This document shows, one piece after another, positions 41,465 through 51,872 of a stretch of DNA of 64,000 bases. The notes under the pieces are model-generated. The model saw nothing but the letters and a program-made list of their open reading frames with translations. It was not told the origin of the DNA and made no database searches. The DNA is from Trichosphaerium sp. ATCC 40318 (taxonomy: Eukaryota > Protista > Tubulinea). The first letter of the stretch is position 1. Every line of letters begins with the position of its first letter. The stretch lies in the NCBI GenBank assembly GCA_038496445.1, contig JALMLS010000228.1, positions 62,001-126,000 on the forward strand, written 5' to 3'. A program made the position numbers and the translations under genes.

Positions 41465-44400
41465 ATGGCGAGCAGTGCCATTAGACAGCAATTGAGGAAT
41501 ACTACGCGTCAGAAGACATTATTTGCCGAAAAATCAGCGAGGGAGAGAGAATTGCTCTTAAGAGCTGGAAATGAACCTAAATCGCTTGTTATAAAGGTCA
41601 ACAAATATAAGGACATAATATAATGCCATTAACAGATGAGTAGGTTGAAAAAACTGTAAATCTACGTTTTCAAGATCAATGGTACGATGTACGGTGGCAA
41701 GATATAATATCATGTGGCGGAAAGCAACTTATAAGGTAAACAACGACCGCACAAGGTTATTTGCCATCTCAACTTATAATTTTTTGTTCTAAAGCGAATA
41801 TGGCCATTCTCTAGCTCGTTTATTAGGTGGAGTATATCCTAGTGTTGCCTGGAAGCCGTGGTGCTTTGGTACACTTTTTTTTTTATTTCACGTGCAATGA
41901 CATGTGCGCATACTTAGTTTTTTTTCTGTTTTACAGAGGCGTTATTACCTGGCTATTTTGACGATATAAAGACAAGACACTATGTTGCAGATAAGGTACA
42001 CAATCTTGATATTTCGTATAATTACAGTGGAGGAGCAATTAAAGAATTGCAAGTCAGTTGGCGTTTTTGTTTTTTGATGCCACTGGTTATTGTATATGTT
42101 ACTCTTTTTACGTTGTGATTGACGTATTTTTTGTAAGATTGCTAGAGAACTTTGTGTTAAGACAGCTTCTGATTGGTATAAACAACACCAAGCCGGTATT
42201 GAAAAAGTTGGAGGAACAAAGCTTCTGGCGTGAGTAGTATCATTACTTGAAGATTACTATTTTCGTTTGACATGTTTTTCTTTAGGTATTACGGTGGGAA
42301 TATGCCAAAAATGCTATCAGATATTTATGACTACCCATGGATTCCTTTCCGATTTGGTTAGTATTTAATCACTACTCTACAACGTATTGACAATATATCA
42401 AGAACACCTCAAAGTAGCAAAGGATCATTGGCGAGATAGTCAAAATGTTATAGATTTCATTATAGCAGTGAGTTACCTTTATATTTGTTAGTCTTGTATC
42501 AACACATAGAGTCATACTTTCTAGGCTGAGAGAGAATATAATATTAAAGAAATAAAGGATTGGTATGAAATAAAATCAGAGGCTTTTGCAAGAGCAGGTG
42601 GCAGAGGAGTAATAACGTAAGTTTTTTATGATTACTAAAATATTTTTTCTCACGTGCGTTCATAGTAATTTTTCTAATTCTATGAAATGCGTTTTATCTC
42701 ATGTATATCCAGACTTTTTGTGGGTACCTTGGAAATTCAGTACGTAATAACAACTTAACGACCTTTTTTGTTATGAACTAGAAATAGTTTTTTATAAAAC
42801 AGATTGCTTTTGTTGATGCTGACCATTGACGATTTCTAGATCGTGTTGGAAAATATTTTTGGCATATATCAGATCACAGGTTAATGTATATAATATATGT
42901 AAGTTAAGCTTGTTATGTGACACTCTTGCAGCAAAGAATCTTCAATTGAGCTTTTCTTGTTTCGAACACCTTTTTTTTTCTTCAAATTTCCCGTGTTTTG
43001 TTAATCTCTTCATTGCAGGTTGAAGACAAACTTGGAATAACTAAACTTGATGATTGGTATAATATTGGATTCAATGTACTCTTTAGTTATGGCGCAGCAG
43101 GACTTCTTGAGTACGACTCTTTTTCTTTTTTTCAATTTTTCAGCTTTGTTGGCTATGTTCACCGACTCTATAGCAATTTTGGATTTTCTATCTGTAAAAT
43201 GTTAGCTTCTGTTTATCCAGAACACCCATGGAATTCTGATAGATTCCGAACAAAACCTGGTACGAACTAATCTTTTGTTAAAATTTTTTGCTTTCTACTT
43301 TCTTGCTACTTGTTCTTTTGTTCCTGGTTATCATTCTTTTTCAATAATAGATCGTCCTAGATTATGTTAGAACAAAACCGCGTGGGTACTGGACAAACAC
43401 TGAAAATGTTAAAAGATTCCTGTTACATGCGAAGAAAGAATTAAACATTAAATCACAAAAAGAATGGGAACGTGTTTCTGTTGATAATCTAAAAGCTCTT
43501 GGTGGTAGTAGTATTATTTCTTATTGGCCTGCTTGTTTGACTGTACTATATCCTGGTAAAAAAGAGAAGCAAACAACAATTCTTGAAAATAGATCCGAAG
43601 GTGCTGAAAAGCGTGCCAACCAAAGGTACTTTTTTCTGGCTATACCTTTTCGAAAAAATCGACTGAGTGTTACTTTCGTAACAATCCTTATCACGTTTTT
43701 CATTGTATTCTATTTTGTTCGTTTTGTTTTCTCGTTTTATTCTTAAACCCACTTACACAAAAATCACAAGGTGGTTGCTTAGTTGTATTAAAAAACTGTT
43801 TCCTTCATACGATGTATTTGAAGAGTATGCTCCAGGCCTTGACCATGTTACTTCTGCTAAAGTTACAATGGATATATTCATACCTCAAATAAAGATTGCT
43901 TTTGAATATCAAGGAGAGCAGCACTATGGAGATATACCTCAGCGATTTGGACCAGCAACCATACAAATAGCATGTGACGCGGAGAAAGTATTAAAATGCC
44001 GAAGTCATGGTAATCTATGAAACGACTTTATAAATTTGTTTTTCCTTTGTTTGTGAACAATAGGGATAGTACTTAATCTCTTTAGGAATAACACTTATTC
44101 CTGTACCATATTGGTGGGTACTTGGCGATGTAGATAGTTTAGCAGCTACTATTATGCACTACAGGTATTTCTTCTTTTACAAAACATCAAAGTATTGAAA
44201 TGAAGAGAAGTAATCTTTGTGGTTCAGTGTTGACTATGATTTTAGGCCTGATATCTACTTTGATATTCCTGAGGGTGTTTTACCTCTTATAAATGATAAA
44301 GAGAGGGATATGATACATGATAATAGTTTAGTAAGTACATACTTACAAAGTAGAAAAATCTGAGAATTTTCTTTTTCGTTTCAAAAGCTTTCTTATTCTC

Positions 44401-44469
44401 CATTAGATAACAACTGAAAACCTAATGGAACCTGTAAAGGCTCTAAAGTCAGCTGCTGTTAATGTGTAA
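41465..44469 (+). CDS. Tandem ~68-aa DDWY-repeat protein with C-terminal PD-(D/E)XK/RAP-like endonuclease domain; possible mitochondrial presequence
   Basis: N-terminus MASSAIRQQLRNTTRQKTLF. Five repeats (DQWYDV, SDWYKQ, KDWYEI, DDWYNI, KEWERV, each followed by GG/GA..L and [V/I/L]Y..W). Then RANQRWL..LFP..MDIFIPQIKIAFEYQGEQHY..CDAEK..C..HGITLIPVPYWW. Confidence 0.85.
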
Positions 44470-44589
44470 ATAAAAACTGTTGGCTGTAGAAAGAATAAAG
44501 TAGGCGCCAGCTCGCTGCCTTATTCTTCCAAAACAATTCCTGGCAGCTCCTGAAACTCACTACTCTTTTCATGTGGAAAAATTGGACAT

Positions 44590-44690
44590 ACTCAACACGG
44601 TTTTTTTTATCTGTGAGCTTAACTCTACGCTTCTGTATGGTTGTCAAGATAGTACTTGATCACTTGGTCAACTGAAACGCCAATAAACTC
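44590..44690 (-). pseudogene. Degenerate fragment paralogous to exon 1 of the F-box/LRR gene at 49025-49997
   Basis: Encodes GVSVDQVIKYYLDNHTEA* then frameshifted KLTDKK, versus TVSVDQVIRYYRENHTEAFSKLTDEN. Shared DNA tgatcacttggtcaactgaaacg. Confidence 0.75.
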
Positions 44691-44784
44691 AAATTTGTTA
44701 GCACAGTTGTTAGAACGTTGGTTTCATTGAACCACTCAAGCCATTATTTAGATTTGACGTTAATAGCGCTTCTGCCTGCATTTC

Positions 44785-47180
44785 ATGCAACCAAACTACG
44801 GAAATCCGTACCCAGGACAGCATGCACCACCTTATAATGCTGTTCCAGGCGGTATGAAGACGAACTCGATTTTGTTTGTACTAATTTTTTTTAAAAGTGC
44901 CAAATGCAGCTCCCGTGCCATCACGTACGCATAAAACAGTGAAAAGTTAATTTTAAAAGTTGAATTAGCTTACGTAAGTAAAATATACGCCATTGTCCAC
45001 CCTTATCATGATACGCACCAGCCAATGCCTTCAACTCACGAAAAAACTGAAGCCGTGTGAATTTACTTACCTAGGGGCATAATCCGTTACCTGCGTACCC
45101 TCCACAGCAATCAGCAATAGTACGTTCAATATGTTATAACTGATAGCGCAAACAATCGCTAACAGAATGTAGCCTCCCGTACAATACGCGCCACCAACAC
45201 AACTCATGTCCAACCTATCTATAAACCCAAGTACACCCGCATTAACGTATTTTTTCCTTCCCAATTAACTCCAAAAATAAGATGCGGCTTATCCGCCTGG
45301 TCCCTACCCAACTCCAGGTCCTGTAGGACCTTTACCACCTCAACACACAGCGTCATACACGCCTGCGTACCCTCCAGCGCCAACGCATAGCTACACTGCT
45401 CCCAATCCTGCGCCTATTCCCCATACACCTAGCTATGGTCCACCACCAACCCACACTTCTCCGTATCCACCTCCTGCCTATGGGGCACCACCTGTAGGAC
45501 CAGGATACGGCGCTCCACCTCCTCATGCTGTACCTGGACCTGTTCATGCCCCGCCACATCACGCAGCCCCAGGACCTGGGTATGGGGCGCCACCAGTGTC
45601 AATACCAAGAGGGCCACTACCAGGAGCGCATCCAGGTCACCATGCTCCACCTCAGTATCCTCATACACCTCAACAAGGTAATATCTTTTCTTAATTTCCT
45701 TGTTTGTCTTAATCATTCCTTAGGTGCTTCTTATCAAGCTTATTACAATTATTATGCGAACGTACCAATACAACAAGCATTCGCTCCTATTAGAGGAAAG
45801 AAAAGAGCGTTACTGATTGGATGTAATTACGAAAAAGATGCAAAGAGCAAACTTCGGTGAGTTTTATTTGCTTTAACTTTATTTCAAAATACTCATCTTA
45901 TTTATTTTAGAGGATGTGTTAATGATGTTAAAATGATACATGAGTTGCTTATCTCGAAGTTTCAGTATGCTCCGTACGTTATAAAGGCACTTTAAGTCAT
46001 AAACTTTAAGGTTTCTTCATTTTTGTAATAGTCTCAGTTGACCTTCCTGTTAGTGCTGATGTGCATTGTATGACTGATAAATCTGGTACTGGCGAGTTTT
46101 ATCCTACAAAAAGGAAGATAATGAAGCAATTTCGATGGCTTGTTTCCGGTGCTAGACCTGGTGATAGTCTTTTCTTTTTATTTTCTGGTCATGGTTCGCA
46201 AGTTCGTGGTACGTATTTGTAAAGTCTTGTTTTCTTTATATTGTATGTGTACGTAACTGTGTATTTGTAGATCTTGATGGTGACGAGTTGGACGGTATGG
46301 ATGAAGGTATTAGTAATAAAATTCTTTCGTTCCTTTCTAATTTTTTTATACAGCGATACTTCCGTTGGACTACCGTACAAAGGGGAAGATTATTGATGAT
46401 ATCATTCATGGTACATTGAAGTCGAGGGTTTTTATGTTAAGTTGTTTGTAGATGAACTTGTGAAACCTTTACCTGAAGGTGTAAGGATGACTGCAGTTAT
46501 GGATTGTTGTCATTCAGGCACAGGAATGGATTTGCCCTATGAGCATAAAGGTTTGTTCACAATGTTCTATTGTACACTTTATTTATGTCCTTTTTCAGAG
46601 CCTGAAGATATAGAAAGGGAGAATAGGATAAAACGAAGAAAAGAGAGACAGAACCGCAGACATAGGAAGAAGCATAGAGTTCGTATAATGGGTTCGTTCA
46701 GTTTTTTTTCAGTTTTTTGGCTTTTCTAAAGTTTCCTTAGGAGACTTTCATATTATGATTGCTGAAGCAGCTCCATCCTCTAGTATGTCTCCTAATATGA
46801 GTAAAGCGAAGAGGTACGTAAAAAAGAAAAATCAAAACAGTCACGTCGTTGTAAAGTCTTTTTTTTCTCAACCATATTTTAGGGAACAAATCTACAGAAA
46901 AAATATGGCTAAAATATCAAGAGCTGATGTTGTCCTTTTCAGTGGGTGTGCTGACGACCAAACAAGTTCAGATACTTCTGCTTTAACAGGAAGACATGGA
47001 GGTGCTATGTGTTATGCATTCACACATGCATTAGAGACTCCAGGTTTGACATATCGTCAACTTCTTAGAAAAATGAGAGATATCCTTAAAGGTCAAAATT
47101 CATCGGGAAGAAAGTTCTCTCAAATACCTCAAGTATCTACTGGACGTCCTTTTAACCTTGACCAACCTTTCGGAATGTAA
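44785..47180 (+). CDS. Type I metacaspase with long Pro/Tyr/Gly-rich prodomain
   Basis: [33 protein letters not shown] (His), [14 protein letters not shown] (Cys), [17 protein letters not shown]. Confidence 0.95.
44969..44973 (+). other. 5-nt microexon (CTTAC) in the metacaspase gene
   Basis: ttag|CTTAC|gtaagt. It joins a phase-1 upstream exon to a phase-0 downstream exon; skipping it gives an immediate TAA. Confidence 0.75.
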
Positions 47181-47611
47181 TAAATAAACTTAAAAATACT
47201 GTTACCCTAACTTCAGATGAAGACTAAATGCGCATTATTTTTTTGTTTTTCGCAACGTGATCTTAAACTAGGCCTGTCATAGATGGGCGTAACGTTACAG
47301 TACCGAAAAACTTAATTTTTTTCAGAGCCGTAATGGTGTAGTGGCAGTATGATAGTAATAAGTTCAGGATGATATCAGTGAATGTTACTATTTCAATGAA
47401 CACAAACACATCGGAAAAATAAGTTGTTTTTACCGGAGCGCTTTAATTTCCCTGTTAGTCTATGTATCACCCAAATAAGAACAAACCAATGTACTACGTG
47501 GGTATTTGCGTACCAGAGAATTTTGTAAAAAAGTAGCAGTTCCACAGCTCTAAAAATGTCAAGTTTTCATTTTATCTCAATACACTTGCCTGTTACAACA
47601 AACTAATCCAA

Positions 47612-48892
47612 ATGGACTTTATCACAAATACTATTGCCAATCGTCATGAAATACCTTGGGCTATCCCAGCTACTGTAGGTGTTACAGCTATCTTGACCTT
47701 CTTTACGAACCGCTATGCGCCGAATAAGCTTACGAGATGCATTGCAGCGAGTATAATATCCGTGCCGCTCTTATTATACCCTATCGGTGGTACTATTGGC
47801 ACCGCCACTGTGATGATGGCTTCTAGCGTTACTTTTATGGTTGCCGGCCGCATTTTGGCACATGCCATTCTTACAAACCCAGACGAAACACAACAAGATA
47901 AAAAGGATGACACAACAAAAAAACGACCTTCGTTTGTTTCTGATTTTCTGTTGTGGATTGGAAGCTTTGCTTTTTATTTTCTCTCCTTACGACAAACAGA
48001 AATGGCCAAGAGAATCCCAGAACGCAAAGATAGACAATGGAAACCGATCATCTACGCATCCTTAACCGAGTTGGCTTCAGCACTATGTAAGTCGCTCACT
48101 CTCCCGTTTATTGAACGCGCTCTATTCTACTTGACTACAACAGGACGTCAGGCAGCGGATTTGGCCCTAACAACAACACTTGCCAACAACGCTAACAGCG
48201 TAGCCTATCCTCTGTTCTTCTTATCAGCATACACATCCAGGTATCTTCACTCATGCTCAGAGACTTTTCTTTTTGCTACAATCGTCGCTGGATGTGCTGT
48301 TCCTTTCTTTGATGTAGTAAACGCTGTACTGCGTCTGTTGAGCAAAGGAGAGTACGAGATTATGCCTTTTCATAGCTGGGTATACTCTTCCAAGAGTTTA
48401 AGGGATCTCTGGGGCAAAAGGTACAATCGCATTGTCAATTACTGGCTAAGACAAACACTCTTTGATCCATTGAGATTCGATTATAAAATGTCAAATGCTG
48501 TTGTTGGTAATATATGCTTTGGAGTAAGTGCTATTCTTCACGTGTATGTAACTGCATTCACTTTTGGTGGAGGTGTACAAAAAGCTTTAAGGTCTTTATC
48601 TTTTTTTGTACTTCATGGATTTCTATGCACATATGAGCGATCTCTTATTAAAGGATTTAAGAAAATAATGGGATATGAAGATAATGGAATAACTGGTCGT
48701 GTATGGACTTATACTGTCATGTTCCTTTCGTTGCCTATTTACCTTGGTCACTTTACTGAAAGGTATCCTGAATGGGGTGTGACAAATCCTCTAACAGCTC
48801 CTGATTGGGCTCATTCTTTATGCGATTATTTGCTACCTTCTGCTTCTCAATACTCTTTAAAGAGCATCACAGAATCGTTTCCATCAAAGTAG
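47612..48892 (+). CDS. Membrane-bound O-acyltransferase (wax-synthase-like MBOAT), intronless
   Basis: 426-aa hydrophobic ORF; SKSLRDLWGKRYNRIV..LR, FGVSAILH (catalytic His), FFVLHG. Confidence 0.9.
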   Translation: MDFITNTIANRHEIPWAIPATVGVTAILTFFTNRYAPNKLTRCIAASIISVPLLLYPIGGTIGTATVMMASSVTFMVAGRILAHAILTNPDETQQDKKDDTTKKRPSFVSDFLLWIGSFAFYFLSLRQTEMAKRIPERKDRQWKPIIYASLTELASALCKSLTLPFIERALFYLTTTGRQAADLALTTTLANNANSVAYPLFFLSAYTSRYLHSCSETFLFATIVAGCAVPFFDVVNAVLRLLSKGEYEIMPFHSWVYSSKSLRDLWGKRYNRIVNYWLRQTLFDPLRFDYKMSNAVVGNICFGVSAILHVYVTAFTFGGGVQKALRSLSFFVLHGFLCTYERSLIKGFKKIMGYEDNGITGRVWTYTVMFLSLPIYLGHFTERYPEWGVTNPLTAPDWAHSLCDYLLPSASQYSLKSITESFPSK

Positions 48893-49024
48893 TAATGTAA
48901 AAAAAATAAAATAATTTGCATACACTGTTATTTAAGACCTTTATTACCAACACGTGAAATTGATTTCTGGGTCGTTAACAAAAAAGGGAGCAGTTCTCAG
49001 GCTATTTTCAAAATAATGTTAACA

Positions 49025-49997
49025 TTACCACCATACTACTTCTGTTATTACGTTAGAACCTTTGAGTGCTTTGATACCTTTGTCTGTTACTGAAGTACCA
49101 CCAAGTGAAATAGTATGAACACCTTTTAATCTCTTGATACCTTTATCCCCAACCTGTGTACAAAGAGTAAGGCAAATAGTATGAACTCCTCGCAAGGCTT
49201 TGACTCCTTTATCTGTGACATAAGTGTTTCTAAGGTTAATGGTATGAACACCTTTAAGTAATTTGATACTTCCGTCTCTGATATCCTGACAATTCGTGAG
49301 ATCAATAGAATGTACATTTCCAGAAATCGCTTCCAAATCAGTGTCACTGATATCACGCCTTCTGGAAGCATCAATATTACGGCATCCCTTCAATAGCGAA
49401 AATAATGTATTGGTGCCAGTCAATGTAATCACAGTATTATTCTTTACGCCGTTGTACTGTTTGATCTTTAAAATATCTTCAACTGAAGAAACATAAACCT
49501 TTTCATATCCAACAATATCATGAATGATATCAGCCATCATACGGCATGACTGAGCCACAGCAAATCTGGACTTTGCACATGTTTTATTTAGAATACTTGA
49601 GATCACTTCTACTGGAAAATCAAGAATAGATTGTTGTTCTTTTTTGTCCACGTGCGTTCTGGTTTTTTTTATGATTAGGTAAGCTGTCGGACTTGTTCAT
49701 TTTCTGAGAATATTTTGTTTTATAAACTAGCGGGAACGCGAAAAATTTGTTGACGTACTCCCTTGCATGGTTGCGTTTTGAAGCTTCAACAGTAACTGGA
49801 ACGGCGTTGTTGTCTGTCTGTTTGATAAGGATTTGGTCTATTTGTTGTATGAGACGCGTATTTGAGAGATTTAAAACGCTTTCGACTTGTTTTACGACTG
49901 TTTTAGTATTTTCATCTGTAAGTTTACTAAACGCTTCTGTATGGTTCTCACGATAATATCTGATCACTTGGTCAACTGAAACGGTTAATGAAGTCAT
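49025..49997 (-). CDS. F-box + leucine-rich repeat protein with an N-terminal extension (2 exons; intron 49659-49758)
   Basis: Phase-2 intron gtacgt..cctaat..cag joins ORF 49997 (..NHARE) to THVDKKEQQSILDFPVEVISSILNK (F-box), followed by LKGVHTINL..VTDKG repeats. Confidence 0.8.
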
Positions 49998-49999
49998 GA

Positions 50000-50257
50000 T
50001 TAGTTGTCTGTGGGGTATGTAATTACCTTTTTTAAGCGAGATTTGCTGCTAAGCCAAAAATAGTTTATGAGTTTTATTACCAAGGCATCTTGGTAGTTGC
50101 CTGACGTACTATAATGATATTCAAACATGTACAACCGAAGGCTACATCGTATGTTCGAAAAAGTCATAGCATTCAGAATCTTCAAACTGTTGTCTATGCG
50201 CTGGAATTGACCCATTCTTAGCAAGCCTTCCTGTTGGGGCTTACTAAGGGTTGACAT
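50000..50257 (-). CDS. Small hypothetical ORF (85 aa), possibly an upstream exon or remnant
   Basis: ATG-initiated open frame MSTLSKPQQEGLLRMG... ending 3 nt before the next ATG; no recognisable motif. Confidence 0.25.
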   Translation of the reverse strand: MSTLSKPQQEGLLRMGQFQRIDNSLKILNAMTFSNIRCSLRLYMFEYHYSTSGNYQDALVIKLINYFWLSSKSRLKKVITYPTDN

Positions 50258-50356
50258 TTGGAGCTGCACCAAAAACAATATGTACTTTTAATGTTAAAGG
50301 TTTTATTTACACTCTTGAAGAGTAACTAGCAAAAAATTATACCTCTTTGACAATTG

Positions 50357-51765
50357 TCAACACTTGCACATACCAGTGCAACCTCTATCACATGCTTCAA
50401 CTTTATGAACTCCTACTAAAGCCTTTATACCATCACGTGTCACTTTTGTATAACGAACATCAATTGTATGTACTCCAGTAAGTGCTTTAATACCCTCGTT
50501 TGTCACCTTTGTGTTGTATAAATTTATTGTATGAACACCAGCCAGTGCCTCAATTCCCATATCTGTTATCTGACAACAAGACAAGTCAATGGTATGAACT
50601 CCTTTCAATGCCTTAATACCTTCATCCGTTACATCGGTATAACTTAAAATAATTGAATGAACCCCTGCCAATGCCTTAACTCCCTTGTCTGTCACACTTT
50701 TGGCACGTTTTAAGCATATTGTATGAACTCCTGCAAGTGCTTTGATGCCATCATCTGTTACAAAATAACAATTTTCTAAATCAATGGAATGAACTCCAGC
50801 CAAAGCTCTTATACCTACATCTGTCACCCGTGTGTAGTTTAACTTGATTGTATGAACTCCAGCCAATGTTGTAATGCCTTTGTCAGTTACTTTTCGGTTG
50901 CCGTATAAACTTATTGTGTGAGCTCCAGCCAAATACTTTATTCCCTTATCTGTTATTTGATGACAACCACATAAATCAATGGTATGAACTCCAGCCAATG
51001 CCTTGATACCCTTATCTGTTACTTTTGTACCCCAAAGGTTAATTGTATGAACACCTGCCAATCTTGTAACACTTCTATCACTGACATCTGTGTTACTTAT
51101 ATCTATGGTATGAACTCCTGCTAATGCTGTTATACCTTCATCTGTCACCATTGTTTGGTTTACTAAGATAGTATGAACTCCAGCCAATGCCTTTATACCT
51201 TCATCTGTTATTTGCTGACAACCACTTAAAACAATCCTGTGTATGCCAGCAAGTTGTTTAATATGATCATCTGTCACTTTGAAACAATTTCTGAGGTCAA
51301 TACTGTTAACAATCTTCAAGCGTTTAAAATCAACTTTAACAATGTCCGATACTACAAGGCTATGCACTCCTTTAAGGTACTTCAAGTGCTTTTCCCGGAG
51401 AGGGAAAAGAACAGTAATAGTGCCTGTTTTGATAAGATGTTTGGCTTTTTTGTGCAGGTTTTTCAGTTCTTTTTCAGTTTTGATGATGACATCTATTCCG
51501 GAGTACCTAAGGTGCTTTATAGCGATGCTTGCGAGTAGTTTAGATGTATGTGCCACTGAGTGTAGAGAAAACGCCGAAACGAACTGGAGAATATGTACAA
51601 TAACTTCAACAGGTATCTCATCAAAGAACGCACTGTGTTTATTCATTTGCTCTTGTGTTTTCTATTAATAGAAATATTACACGTGTAATAGAAGAAATAA
51701 CCTGACCGTTGTTTAAGCTTATTTCTTATTATTCGTACATAAAATGATGATGTTGCTTCTATCAT
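50357..51765 (-). CDS. F-box + LRR protein with ~13 homogeneous 22-24-aa repeats
   Basis: FDEIPVEVIVHILQFV (F-box); repeats LAGVHTIxLxxxxVTDxGIKA. Probable short first exon MIEATSSFY| (ATG 51765, intron ~51662-51738) in frame with ORF 50357-51646. Confidence 0.9.
50440..51240 (-). repeat. 66-72-bp coding tandem repeats (LRR units) with high DNA identity
   Basis: Recurring gtatgaactccagccaatgcctt...atctgt(t/c)ac on the + strand. Confidence 0.9.
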
Positions 51766-51872
51766 AGGTCCTAAACTTAATAATCTATTACAGAAAGTCC
51801 GACAAAAAGACACCATGAGATAACTTCAGTAGGGGTTTTTTTTTTATTTTTTTATGTAGTGTTAACACAAAA

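Noticed and set aside
47327-47400. tRNA-like 5' end (GCCGTAATGGTGTAGTGG) followed by a 9-bp hairpin; also considered as SECIS
   Set aside because: No proper T-arm/B-box, no acceptor-stem partner and an invalid anticodon loop. The SECIS GA quartet and apical AA are missing.
50440-51240. Regularly spaced repeats resembling a CRISPR array
   Set aside because: In-frame LRR coding units of a eukaryotic F-box gene; no unique spacers and no cas genes.
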